Source: Gammaproteobacteria bacterium (GTDB taxonomy: Bacteria > Pseudomonadota > Gammaproteobacteria > GCA-002705445 > GCA-002716945). Taken from it: DNA of 38,665 bases. This document shows positions 18,070-30,880 of this stretch, piece by piece. Each line of letters opens with the position of its first letter. Position 1 is the stretch's first letter. The DNA is taken from assembly GCA_038101125.1 (NCBI GenBank), contig JAYNVZ010000006.1, positions 869-39,533 of the forward strand, read 5' to 3'. Both the position numbers and the translations under genes were made by a program. Under the pieces are notes generated by a model that was not told the origin of the DNA, did not search any database, and saw nothing but the letters and a program-made list of their open reading frames with translations.

Positions 18070-18141
18070 CTGGGGTGGAAGGATTCGAACCTCCGAATGA
18101 CGGGATCAAAACCCGCTGCCTTACCGCTTGGCGACACCCCA
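18070..18141 (-). tRNA. tRNA-Gln (TTG); CCA not encoded
   Basis: TGGGGTGTCGCCAAGCGGTAAGGCAGCGGGTTTTGATCCCGTCATTCGGAGGTTCGAATCCTTCCACCCCAG; U1-A72, G discriminator; conserved position between ispE and prs. Confidence 0.96.
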
Positions 18142-18200
18142 AAATAAATTTGTTTAAATATATCAAGAGTATCTAAGATTTACTAGCCCCTTAGCCATTG

Positions 18201-18230
18201 AATATAAGCTTAGGTTAACATGACAATCAA
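18201..18230 (-). promoter_or_regulatory. candidate sigma70 promoter for tRNA-Gln-prs
   Basis: TTGATT (18230-18225) - 18 nt - TATATT (18206-18201) in the largest intergenic gap of the window; weak because the DNA is very AT-rich. Confidence 0.3.
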
Positions 18231-18265
18231 AATAAGTGTATGTTAAATAACAATGTTTTTGCTAA

Positions 18266-19075
18266 TTACATATCTAGAGATTTTACAATTAATGAAATTT
18301 CTTTTTTTGGCAAGCTAGAAAGAACCTTTTTTGCTTCTTCATAAGACGGCAAAGGCAAAAATACTGTCCCCCCTGTACCTGTCATGCGAGCTCTGCCATA
18401 GCTAGATAAATATTTATAAGACTGATGTATTGAAGGGTAGTTTTTGAAAACTATTTCCTCAAAATCATTAATCGTATTATTCTCTAAATAATCATCATAA
18501 CTAAACTCTCTAAAATGATTTTTATAAGTGTACTTTGAGAAGATATCTGACGTAGAGATATTGTGTTTACTGAAGATCATAACAAGCCATGTTGGTTTGA
18601 CGAATATAGGTGTTATGATGTCTCCGGTTCCCTCAACCCAAGCATTTTTCTGATGTAAAAAAAAAGGGACATCGCATCCTATTTGTCTTGCAATACGTTT
18701 GAGCTGAATAGCTGATAATTTAGTTTCATATATCTCATTGAGAGCCATTAAACATGTTGCTGCATTTGAACTCCCTCCACCAAGCCCTCCTCCTATTGGT
18801 ATGTTTTTTTTCAAAATAATGTCTAATCCTATATTAGGCAATTGCGTATAACCCAAAAAATGATCAATTGATTTGTTAATTAAATTATTATTCTCAATTT
18901 CTTTTACATTACATTTTATCTTTATTAGACTGTCTTTCCTTTTCTTAATACTTATCTCATCATGAAGATCTATTAGCTGAAAAATACTTTGGATATTATG
19001 ATACCCATCAGGTCTCTGTCCGATTATTCTTAGAAAGAGATTTATTTTGGCATGAGACTTATAAGATTGAGTCAT
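18266..19075 (-). CDS. ispE: 4-diphosphocytidyl-2-C-methyl-D-erythritol kinase
   Basis: AKINLFL.I.G.RPDGYH.IQS.F, GGGLGGGSSNAA, G.DVPFF, RMTGTG; start set at MTQSYKS (19075). Confidence 0.95.
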   Translation of the reverse strand: MTQSYKSHAKINLFLRIIGQRPDGYHNIQSIFQLIDLHDEISIKKRKDSLIKIKCNVKEIENNNLINKSIDHFLGYTQLPNIGLDIILKKNIPIGGGLGGGSSNAATCLMALNEIYETKLSAIQLKRIARQIGCDVPFFLHQKNAWVEGTGDIITPIFVKPTWLVMIFSKHNISTSDIFSKYTYKNHFREFSYDDYLENNTINDFEEIVFKNYPSIHQSYKYLSSYGRARMTGTGGTVFLPLPSYEEAKKVLSSLPKKEISLIVKSLDM

Positions 19076-20762
19076 TATGATATGAATTAAGTTTATCAAT
19101 AAATTCAAGATTATTTTTATTTCTCTCCAACTCAATCTTGATAACTTTTTTTAATTTTTCAAATTTTTTATTCTTTATCAATATTTCGCAGTAGTGCTCA
19201 ATAATCTCTGGGTCTTTATCTCGGTAATATGATGACTCAATATAATCCAGGGCTTTAACATAATTACCTTTCTTATATTATGCCCACGCAATACTATCTA
19301 AAATAGCTGCATTGCCAGGATCATAGTGATATGCCTCAAGTAACAAATTATAAGCTTCTTCATATCTTTTGGTATGAATAATCAAACTATATCCTAATGC
19401 ATTTAGGGTGTTTGCATTTCTAGCATCTATACTTAAGATTTTTTTTAAATCAATCTCCATAAGATCAATCTTTTGTAAATTTTCATATGCCATTGCTCTG
19501 GCATACAATATGTTTGTTGAGAGAGGGTCTTGTGTTAAAAAGTTATTACAAAACTCTATCACTTCTTCATACATTTTATTTTCATTTAAAAGAGATATTT
19601 GGTGTAAGGTGAGATTAAGATTAACATCCTTATCATCATAATCTTTTTTAGTGCTCTCAATATATGCAAACGCCTTATCTAGGCCATATAGCTGATTCAA
19701 CGATGAAGATATATTTATATGTGACAATATTTTATAATTAAAATCTCTTACTCTTTTAAAATGCTCAATGGATTCGTCATAGTTGCCTAACATATAGTCA
19801 TTTAGACCTCTCATAACATTAACCCGATCATTTTCTACAACAATATATGATAGATATTTCTCAGATAAAAGATGATGGCCTTTATCATGTAATAAAGTTG
19901 AAATTTTAAATAAAGTATCTAAATTATCTGGATCTTTGGTTAATATACTGCTTATAAAGTTTTCCGAGAAAATTATGTCTCCCTTATCTAGATACACATC
20001 TAGTAGTTCCAACTCAACCTGTCTATCAGAAGTTACTTTATCTGATATGTATTTCTCCAAAATACTTATAGCCATATTTTTGTTACCCATTGCGCTTAGA
20101 GAGTTAGCATAAATTCTTGTTAAGCCTCTATCACTAAATGATCCAATTTTGTTAATATGCTCAATAACTTTTTCATGCATATTATAGGAGTATAATAATT
20201 CTATGAAGTTTATATGCAGTGCATAATTATTATTTTTTTTTAAGTACTCCTCAAAAAATCTAACAACATTGAATCTATTTTTATTTTCAATAATAAAAAA
20301 AACAAGCTTTGCATAGTCTCGTCTGTCTCTTGAATCACTCACTCTAATAAAATTATCAAAATATTCGTTAGCTTTATCAAAATTACTATTATCAATAGAG
20401 GCGCTTAACGCATACATATAAGCTAGGTAAGAGTTACCATCAATCTTGATCCATCTATCTGATATAGCTTGAGAGTAATTAAATCGGTGAGTATCTCTTG
20501 AGATTTTAGATAGTTTCTCAAATAATTTAATATCATCCATTGTATCTATATTATTAATGAAGGTGCTTAGAGCTTCGTCATTTAGTGACTTCTTCAAGGC
20601 TAAACTAATATACAATGAGTTATATAAATGTGAATACTTATCACCGCTGAAATTCTTCTGTGAATTAGTCATATTCACACTCGAGACTTCATCGCGATTA
20701 TTTGAACAAGATGACACAAATAAAGGGATAATTATTAGTAAAATATTCAAATAGTTACTCAT
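19059..20762 (-). pseudogene. TPR-repeat lipoprotein interrupted by an in-frame TAA at 19278-19280
   Basis: Start MSNYL...VSSC (lipobox) at 20762; LYARAM, LNALGYSL, AILDSIAWA* and then, in the same frame, YKKGNYVKALDY...DPEIIEHY.EIL for 72 more codons to TAA 19059. May be a base-call error. Confidence 0.8.
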
Positions 20763-20827
20763 AATAGTATAATATATCACATATCTGTATTTTCGGAGGA
20801 TGTAGAGTAAATACACATTAAAATATC

Positions 20828-22072
20828 ATGGCTATAAATGTTCTAGGCGTTAACCATAAATCCGCTCCAATCAAAATAAGGGAGAAATTGGCCTTCGGCA
20901 AAGACTCTATCCCTCGCGCGTTATCTGAAATAAAGAAGATAGAAGGAGTAAATGAAGTTGTTTTGATATCAACATGTAACAGAACTGAAATATATACAGA
21001 GAGTAATTCTGACAATTCAAAGATTATCCAATGGCTCAATAATAATCAGAGCATGACTAAGGATTGTGAACCTTTTACTTACAGTTATCATGAAGAAAGA
21101 GCTATAAAACACTTATTTAATGTTACCTCTGGAGTAGATTCAATGGTAATAGGAGAAAATGAAATTCTAGGGCAAGTGAAAGAAGCCTTTAAAATTGCAG
21201 ATCAAAATAAATGTTTAGCATCATCTTTGAAAAGATTATTTGAGTTCTCATTTTCTGTAGCAAAAGAAGTTAGAACTACAACTGATATTGGTTCTAACCC
21301 AGTTTCTTTTATGTTCACATCAATGACATTAATAAAAAAAATATTTGATGATATCTCTTCTAAAAGAGCACTTGTTGTAGGATCTGGTTATATGACTAAG
21401 CTTGCTATCAAATATTTACATGCAAACAACCTACATAACATAACTTTAACAAACAGGAATTATGAAAAAGGAAGTAAAGTTGCTAAAGAAAATCAGTGTA
21501 ATTATTCTAGATTGCAGTACCTACCGAATATAATTTCATCTCACGATATCATAATCTCTTGCACGTCCAGCACAATACCTATTATTGGCAAAGGGATGAT
21601 GGAAAGCTGCATTCATAGTGGTAATGAAAAACCATATGTAATTATAGATATGGGAGTTCCAAGAGATGTAGAGCCAGAAATATCTGACCTTGATAATGTA
21701 TATTTATATAGTATCGATGATTTAGGCAAAGTCATTGAAAATAATTATAAAATACGAGAACAAGCCGTTGATGAGGCAGAAAAGATAATTAGTTATAAGA
21801 TATTAGAATTCAGAAAGTGGCTAGATCAAAATCAATCTAACAACCTTATTAAAAATTATCGAGGCTATGTAGATGATATAACAGATGGCGCCATTATTAA
21901 GGCTAAGAAATTAATTAAAGATGGTGAAAATACTGATGATGTAATATCTCATTTGGCAGAATCTTTAAAAAACAAACTCACCCATGAGACAACTAAAAAA
22001 TTAAAAGAAGTTCTATCACTAATTGATGAAGAAACCTCGCTTAAGATTCAAAATATTTTTAAAAAGAAGTAA
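20828..22072 (+). CDS. hemA: glutamyl-tRNA reductase
   Basis: G.NHKSAP...[38 protein letters not shown]. Confidence 0.96.
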   Translation: MAINVLGVNHKSAPIKIREKLAFGKDSIPRALSEIKKIEGVNEVVLISTCNRTEIYTESNSDNSKIIQWLNNNQSMTKDCEPFTYSYHEERAIKHLFNVTSGVDSMVIGENEILGQVKEAFKIADQNKCLASSLKRLFEFSFSVAKEVRTTTDIGSNPVSFMFTSMTLIKKIFDDISSKRALVVGSGYMTKLAIKYLHANNLHNITLTNRNYEKGSKVAKENQCNYSRLQYLPNIISSHDIIISCTSSTIPIIGKGMMESCIHSGNEKPYVIIDMGVPRDVEPEISDLDNVYLYSIDDLGKVIENNYKIREQAVDEAEKIISYKILEFRKWLDQNQSNNLIKNYRGYVDDITDGAIIKAKKLIKDGENTDDVISHLAESLKNKLTHETTKKLKEVLSLIDEETSLKIQNIFKKK

Positions 22073-23130
22073 TGAATAATAAGCTAATCGAAAAATTGAA
22101 TGAGCTTATCTCAAAACATCAAGTTATAGCTGAGCAACTTAAAGATGAAATGATATATCAAGATCATGCTTTATTGAAAAAATTAAATCAAGAATTCTCA
22201 AAAATTGACCCGATCATAAAAAAATATGATGAATATAAGAATGCCATTAAATTAATCGAAGAATCTGAAGCTTTTCTAAATGAAAAAGATAAAGAGCTTA
22301 AACTCATGGCAGAAGAAGAAATATCTGTTAATACAAATATCAGAAATTCATTGGAGGAATATCTTGAAAATGAGCTAGTTGATAAAGATCCAAATGACTC
22401 TAAAGATGCATTTGTTGAAATAAGAGCAGGGACTGGTGGGGAAGAAGCAGCTATCTTTGTTGGAGACCTTTTCAAAATGTATTCAAAATTTTCAGAAAAA
22501 AATTCATGGGATATTGAGTTATTAAATGTTACAGAAAGTGATCATGGAGGATATAAAGAAATAATACTGAAGGTAAGCGGTGTGGATGTCTATGGTAACT
22601 TAAAATTCGAGTCAGGCACTCATAGAGTTCAAAGAGTGCCGAATACTGAAACACAGGGGCGGATACATACCTCTGCATCCACTGTTGCGGTTTTGCCTGC
22701 AGTTGATGAAATAGATCAAATAGATATTAATCCAGCAGATTTACGGATAGATACATATCGTGCCTCTGGAGCTGGAGGTCAACATGTAAATAAAACAGAT
22801 TCAGCAGTACGTATTACTCATATTCCTACTGGCACAGTATCGGAATGTCAAGATGGGAGATCTCAACATAAAAATAAAGCTCAAGCAATGTCAATATTAT
22901 ATTCGAAAATATTAATGCATGAGCAGGAAGAACAGAGAAAGAATACTGCTGAAGAGAGAAAAAATATTGTTGGCAGCGGAGATAGATCGGAAAGGATAAG
23001 AACCTATAACTATCCCCAGGGAAGAATAACAGATCATAGAATTAATCTAACTCTCTATAAATTAGAACAAATATTAGAGGGTAATATCGAATCACTAATT
23101 GACGAACTTAAAAAAGCTGCCATAGACTAA
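22072..23130 (+). CDS. prfA: peptide chain release factor 1
   Basis: [20 protein letters not shown] (PxT), [17 protein letters not shown]. Confidence 0.97.
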   Translation: MNNKLIEKLNELISKHQVIAEQLKDEMIYQDHALLKKLNQEFSKIDPIIKKYDEYKNAIKLIEESEAFLNEKDKELKLMAEEEISVNTNIRNSLEEYLENELVDKDPNDSKDAFVEIRAGTGGEEAAIFVGDLFKMYSKFSEKNSWDIELLNVTESDHGGYKEIILKVSGVDVYGNLKFESGTHRVQRVPNTETQGRIHTSASTVAVLPAVDEIDQIDINPADLRIDTYRASGAGGQHVNKTDSAVRITHIPTGTVSECQDGRSQHKNKAQAMSILYSKILMHEQEEQRKNTAEERKNIVGSGDRSERIRTYNYPQGRITDHRINLTLYKLEQILEGNIESLIDELKKAAID

Positions 23131-23132
23131 AT

Positions 23133-23978
23133 ATGAGTTCTACAATAAATAAAATATTACAATCATATTATTTAGATAATTCATCGATAAATAAAAGAGA
23201 TATTGAAAACTGTCTTCTAGATATAATAGGTAAAACAAAAACATTTCTAATTAAAACACCTGAATATAAGATTTCCTCATATGAATTGAAATGTTTTAAA
23301 AGATCAATTGAGTTATTAAATAATGGAGTCCCTCTTGCTTATATAATTGGTAATCAAGATTTCTATGGATATAAATACTTTGTTGATAGCAATGTGCTTA
23401 TACCAAGGGCAGAAACAGAAATTATTATCCCAGAAGTTTTAAAACAAGGGGATTTGTTATACAAGAAAAACAAAAAATTGAAATTAATCGATGCAGGCAC
23501 AGGTTCAGGGTGTATTGGTTTAACAATAGCAAGAGAAAGGCCTGATTGGGATATTGTGCTTATTGATAATTCACTTGAATCAATTAAAACTTTACAAAAG
23601 AATTATAACAAGAGAATTCATGATAATTGCAGAATCGTTGTCTCAAATTGGCTTAAAGGTTTCAAAAAAAATATTGCTGATATCATTATTTCAAATCCTC
23701 CATATATAGAATATAAATCAAAGTATCTCGATGAAAATGTTTTTAAATATGAACCACATTATGCATTATTTGCGCATGAAAAGGGTCTGCGTGATATTAA
23801 AATATTAATATCCCAGTCCAAGTCAATCCTCATGGAAAAAGGTATTCTTTTCATTGAAAATGGATTTGATCAATCTAGGGAAATTGTGAAACTATTGAAA
23901 CAAAACTATTATGAAGACATAGATATTATATTAGATTATAATGGCATAAAAAGATTTACTGTATCAAGAAACTTGTAG
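23133..23978 (+). CDS. prmC: release factor glutamine methyltransferase
   Basis: PLAYIIG, VLIPR.ETE, D.GTGSGCI, SNPPY; follows prfA. Confidence 0.94.
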   Translation: MSSTINKILQSYYLDNSSINKRDIENCLLDIIGKTKTFLIKTPEYKISSYELKCFKRSIELLNNGVPLAYIIGNQDFYGYKYFVDSNVLIPRAETEIIIPEVLKQGDLLYKKNKKLKLIDAGTGSGCIGLTIARERPDWDIVLIDNSLESIKTLQKNYNKRIHDNCRIVVSNWLKGFKKNIADIIISNPPYIEYKSKYLDENVFKYEPHYALFAHEKGLRDIKILISQSKSILMEKGILFIENGFDQSREIVKLLKQNYYEDIDIILDYNGIKRFTVSRNL

Positions 23979-23979
23979 T

Positions 23980-24261
23980 ATGGATAAAAAAACAATTATT
24001 AAGATAGCAAACCTTGCCAAGCTTGAAATCAAAGACGATAAATTAGATGATATCGCGTCGAGTTTAGAAAAAATTCTGAATTTAGTTGATGAGATGAATG
24101 ATGTAGATACTGATGACGTAACTCCTATGTCTCATCCATTAAATCTTAAACAAGAATTAAGAAAAGATGAGGTTAAAGAAGTAAACCAAAGAGATTTATT
24201 CCAGAAAGGCAATGAAAATACAGACAATGGATATTATAAGGTTCCAAAAATTATCGATTAA
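23980..24261 (+). CDS. gatC: Asp/Glu-tRNA amidotransferase subunit C
   Basis: [30 protein letters not shown]. Confidence 0.93.
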   Translation: MDKKTIIKIANLAKLEIKDDKLDDIASSLEKILNLVDEMNDVDTDDVTPMSHPLNLKQELRKDEVKEVNQRDLFQKGNENTDNGYYKVPKIID

Positions 24262-24263
24262 TT

Positions 24264-25712
24264 ATGCATAATAAAACTGTTTCAGAACTAAAAAAAGCTA
24301 TTGAAAAAAAAGAAGTTAGCTCCTTAGAGTTGACCAGTCATTTTCTTGAGCGAATAAAGAGCAATGATCCAGAATTAAACTCCTTTATAACTCTGACCGA
24401 AGAGCATGCTATAGATAAGGCAAAAATTATAGATAAAGAAATTTCAAAAGGTATCTTAAGGCCACTATCAGGCATACCTTTGGCACAAAAAGATATCTTT
24501 TGCACTAAAGATATTAAAACAACATGTGGATCAAAAATGCTAGATAACTTTATAAGCCCATATGATGCAACTGTGGTTGAAAAACTTAATGATGCTGGGA
24601 TGGTTGTAGTAGGTAAAACAAATATGGATGAATTCGCCATGGGATCTTCTAATGAAACAAGTTTTTTTGGTGACGTAAAAAATCCTTGGAATAAAGATTA
24701 TGTTCCAGGAGGTTCGTCCGGCGGCTCTGCTGCAAGTGTATCAGCTAGACTGGTCCCATGCTCTACTGGAACTGATACCGGTGGATCTATCAGACAACCA
24801 GCATCGTTAACTGGTATCTGTGGGATTAAACCAACTTATGGAAGAGTCTCTAGGTTCGGGATGATAGCGTTTGCCTCTAGTCTAGATCAAGCTGGTGTTT
24901 TTACAAGAACTGCCGAAGACTCTGCAATTCTATTAACACATATTTCAGGATTTGATCCAAAAGACTCAACTAGCTCAAAAAACCCAGTTCCTGATTACGC
25001 AGCTGATTGTGTAAAAAAGTTTAAATCACTAACAATTGGCATCCCATCAGAATTTTTAGATGGTCTAGATGATAAGGTTCGAGAAGTTTTTGATGAGAAT
25101 ATTAGAATTTTAGAAAAGAATGGATGTAAATTTAAGAAAATTAGCCTGAAAAGTTCTAAGCTGGGTGTTTCAGCATATCAAGTGGTAGCTCCTGCTGAAT
25201 GCTCTTCAAACCTATCAAGATATGACGGCGTCAGATTTGGATATCGAGCAAAAAATGTGAAGGATATTGAAGAACTGTATAAAAAATCAAGATCTGATGC
25301 TTTTGGGTCGGAAGTTAAAAGAAGAATTCTTATAGGAACTTATGCATTGTCTGCAGGTTATTACGATGCATATTATTTAAAAGCACAAAAAATTAGAAAA
25401 ATTATTTCGAATGAGTTTGAGTTCGCATTCAAAGAAGTTGATCTTATAATTGGTCCTACAACTCCCGATACTGCCTTTAAGTTAGGGGAAAAAACTAATG
25501 ACCCTATAGCAATGTATTTATCAGATGTATTTACTGTGAGCACTAACCTTGCTGGATTACCAGCAATGTCTATTCCTATGGGCTTTAAAAATGATCTGCC
25601 ATTGGGTTTACAGATAATTGGTAATCACTTTGATGAATCTAAAATTTTATCTTTAGCTCATCACTATCAAAATTTAACAGATTGGCATACTAAATCGCCA
25701 CAGGAGAATTAA
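24264..25712 (+). CDS. gatA: Asp/Glu-tRNA amidotransferase subunit A
   Basis: [45 protein letters not shown]. Confidence 0.97.
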   Translation: MHNKTVSELKKAIEKKEVSSLELTSHFLERIKSNDPELNSFITLTEEHAIDKAKIIDKEISKGILRPLSGIPLAQKDIFCTKDIKTTCGSKMLDNFISPYDATVVEKLNDAGMVVVGKTNMDEFAMGSSNETSFFGDVKNPWNKDYVPGGSSGGSAASVSARLVPCSTGTDTGGSIRQPASLTGICGIKPTYGRVSRFGMIAFASSLDQAGVFTRTAEDSAILLTHISGFDPKDSTSSKNPVPDYAADCVKKFKSLTIGIPSEFLDGLDDKVREVFDENIRILEKNGCKFKKISLKSSKLGVSAYQVVAPAECSSNLSRYDGVRFGYRAKNVKDIEELYKKSRSDAFGSEVKRRILIGTYALSAGYYDAYYLKAQKIRKIISNEFEFAFKEVDLIIGPTTPDTAFKLGEKTNDPIAMYLSDVFTVSTNLAGLPAMSIPMGFKNDLPLGLQIIGNHFDESKILSLAHHYQNLTDWHTKSPQEN

Positions 25713-25717
25713 CAGAT

Positions 25718-28200
<2,483 letters not shown>

Positions 28201-28202
28201 TA

Positions 28203-29048
28203 ATGAATCGCTTTTCTCAAAAAAGTACAAATCAATTCTACGTTTTTATTATATTGATACTTTTGTCTATTACTATTCTAGTACTTGATCATAGATATAA
28301 TAAAATAACCCAGATTAGATCCACAATTAATGACTTAGTTGTTTATCCAATTGAAAGATTATCAAGTTTACCTAAATTAATTTTAGAAGAGGCAATCAGA
28401 GAATCTAGTGATATAGAAAGTTTAGAGGAGAAGCTATCTTTGTTAAGAAAAGAGAATCTAGATTTGAAGATAAAACTACAAGAACTTGAATCTTTAAAAG
28501 GAGAAAACATTAGACTCAGAAAAATCACAAAAGAATCTAGTATTTTATCTAATAAACAAACTATTGTTAAGGTAATAAATACCTCTGCAAGCCCTACTAA
28601 AAAAGTCATACTAATCGACAAAGGGAAAAAGCATGGAATATATCTTGGCCAAAACGTTATAGGCACAAATGGATTAGTAGGGCAAGTTATCGAAACAAAT
28701 TCTTTGTCATCCAAAGTAATACTAATTACAGAACCAACACATGATATACCTGGCCAAATTAATAGAACTGGACAAAAAGTAATAGTAAGCGGTTCTGGAA
28801 ACAAAGAAAAGTTAATGATTAATTATGCGAATATAAATAGCGACATTGTGGTAGGAGATGTTATTTCTACCTCAGGGATTGCTAATAGATTCAAACCTAA
28901 GATCCCTATCGGGACAGTTACTAAAGTTGGAGATAATTTAGATGCTGAGTTTAAAGAAGCAGAGATACAACCTTTTGAGTATCCAGAAAAGATGCCCGAG
29001 CTTATTTTAATATGGGACTACATGCCGAAGGAAAATATTAATGAGTAA
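28203..29048 (+). CDS. mreC: rod shape-determining protein MreC
   Basis: N-terminal TM, coiled coil (L..EN.RLR), IDKG...G, GLVGQV, TSG. Confidence 0.92.
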   Translation: MNRFSQKSTNQFYVFIILILLSITILVLDHRYNKITQIRSTINDLVVYPIERLSSLPKLILEEAIRESSDIESLEEKLSLLRKENLDLKIKLQELESLKGENIRLRKITKESSILSNKQTIVKVINTSASPTKKVILIDKGKKHGIYLGQNVIGTNGLVGQVIETNSLSSKVILITEPTHDIPGQINRTGQKVIVSGSGNKEKLMINYANINSDIVVGDVISTSGIANRFKPKIPIGTVTKVGDNLDAEFKEAEIQPFEYPEKMPELILIWDYMPKENINE

Positions 29049-29511
29049 ATTTTTCACCATATTTTTATCATTAATATTTTCGGTAATATTAACAATCAGT
29101 ACTTTTCCCTTAGGATCATTCTCTCCTGATTGGACACAGCTTTTCCTTATATATTGGATATTAGCTGCACCCTTATCAATTGGGCTTCTTTCATCATGGA
29201 TAGTTGGGCTGGTACTAGATGTAGTACTAGGATCGACATTAGGGATAAATGCTCTAATGTATACTATTATATCTTATCTCGTTTTCAAGATTCACCATAT
29301 AACAAGGTATATAACTGTTTTCCAACAATCAATAGTCATCATAGCTATCTTGCTAATCAAATTCACGCTTGTCTTGTGGATTGATTCAATCTTGAGCATA
29401 AATAACTATAATATTTCTTTATACTGGAGCTGTTTAACTAGCGCATTGTGTTGGCCATTAATTTTTTATTCTCTTAGAGTGATAAGAAGGAAGTATAATA
29501 TTTCTGAATGA
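29041..29511 (+). CDS. mreD: rod shape-determining protein MreD
   Basis: PDW....LIYW, GL.LD...GS.LG.NAL, QQ; follows mreC. Confidence 0.92.
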   Translation: MSKFFTIFLSLIFSVILTISTFPLGSFSPDWTQLFLIYWILAAPLSIGLLSSWIVGLVLDVVLGSTLGINALMYTIISYLVFKIHHITRYITVFQQSIVIIAILLIKFTLVLWIDSILSINNYNISLYWSCLTSALCWPLIFYSLRVIRRKYNISE

Positions 29512-30209
29512 AAATATTTTGTGATAAACCTAACATTACTAAATGCACATTATTAAAGAATTCAATAGATATTGAGAAGGTTGACACAAATATTGAGTTA
29601 CACCTTAAAAAAGACAAAATTTATATAATAAACAAAAACTATAAAAATCCTGTAAAGATTATTGTTGATTTTAATGAAAAAGATTTTACAGAAAAAATGA
29701 ATATGAGGCTAAAAGATAACAAAGACATTTTTCGTAAAGTTTTTTCTGATAAGAATTCTGACATTTTGGATGGCACAGCAGGTTTTGGTAGAGATGGAGT
29801 TTTATTAAATGCCATGGGACATAATGTGACGATGGTTGAAAACAGTCCAATAGTTTCTCTATTATTAAATAATGGTTTAGAAAGATCAGATAATAAGATT
29901 AGGTTATTTCATGGTAATGTTTATGACTTTTTAAAACATAGTAAAAAAAGATATGACTATATATATTTAGACTTTATGTTTAATAAATTAAAAATAAATT
30001 CTCTTTCATCAAAATATGATGAAACTTTGAAGCTAATTGCATTTATTGATAACAATAAAAAAGAAATTGTTGAGATTGCCAAAAAATACTGTAAAAAGAA
30101 AGTTATCGTGAAGGAACCAAGCAATTCTATTTCATCTCTACCAAAACCAAATCATATAATTAAGACCAAGCTCATTTCATATAATGTATACTTAAGTCAT
30201 GATGCATAA
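29508..30209 (+). CDS. rsmJ: RsmJ/YhiQ-like 16S rRNA methyltransferase (divergent)
   Basis: LDGTAGFGRDG..L, V.MVE.SP....LL..GL.R, IYLD.MF, VIVK.P. Confidence 0.7.
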   Translation: MKIFCDKPNITKCTLLKNSIDIEKVDTNIELHLKKDKIYIINKNYKNPVKIIVDFNEKDFTEKMNMRLKDNKDIFRKVFSDKNSDILDGTAGFGRDGVLLNAMGHNVTMVENSPIVSLLLNNGLERSDNKIRLFHGNVYDFLKHSKKRYDYIYLDFMFNKLKINSLSSKYDETLKLIAFIDNNKKEIVEIAKKYCKKKVIVKEPSNSISSLPKPNHIIKTKLISYNVYLSHDA

Positions 30210-30651
30210 TTTGCAAAATATTATTTCAAGTATGGTGGCAGATGATAATACACATAGTCTACTTGCTGAAAATAATGGTGATGATATTTCAAAAATCTTA
30301 AATGAAAGAAAGTTGTCTTATAGCTTGATTAAAGTTAGCGATTATGATGTTCAGGGAGATTTACTAATACTTTTTTTAAAAGACAAAACACTGATAGACT
30401 CATATGATGATATTGGCAGGATGACACATAATTTTCCAGAAAGATTTACAATAATACGTAAACTTAATACTCAAGACTATATAACTGATACACATAATAT
30501 GCTCATGTCTTTAGGGTTTAAAATGATATTTAAATCAAATGAGAATAATTTATTTTATTTTTTTTATGCTTATAATATAAGTAGTTATAAAAATATACCT
30601 GATTGGCTGAACAGTGACAATTGGGCCAATCCAGAATTATGGGAGAAATGA
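30199..30651 (+). CDS. conserved hypothetical protein (DUF6231-like)
   Basis: C-terminal Y.Y.I..YK..PDWLN...WANPE.W.K motif; family name from memory, not searched. Confidence 0.55.
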   Translation: MMHNLQNIISSMVADDNTHSLLAENNGDDISKILNERKLSYSLIKVSDYDVQGDLLILFLKDKTLIDSYDDIGRMTHNFPERFTIIRKLNTQDYITDTHNMLMSLGFKMIFKSNENNLFYFFYAYNISSYKNIPDWLNSDNWANPELWEK

Positions 30652-30652
30652 A

Positions 30653-30880
30653 ATGGAAGAAACTATTAAAAAGATTTTAACTGATAATATAAGCGACTCA
30701 AAAGTTCATGTGGAAGGAAGTGATGCTAAATTCACTGTAAAAGTTGTGAGCGATATATTTTTAGATAAATCGATTATCGATAGACATAAAGTTGTATATT
30801 CTCTGCTAGATAAATATATAAAAACTGGGGAAATCCATGCCCTAACAATAAAAGCCTCTACTACTAATGAGAGCAGATAA
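30653..30880 (+). CDS. BolA/IbaG family protein
   Basis: VVS..F.......RH..VY..L......G.IHAL.IKA; start set at MEETIKK (30653). Confidence 0.9.
   Translation: MEETIKKILTDNISDSKVHVEGSDAKFTVKVVSDIFLDKSIIDRHKVVYSLLDKYIKTGEIHALTIKASTTNESR

Noticed and set aside
19278-19280. Stop-codon reassignment of TAA
   Set aside because: TAA ends many intact genes here (ychF, hemA, prfA, gatA) and RF1 has normal PxT/GGQ motifs.
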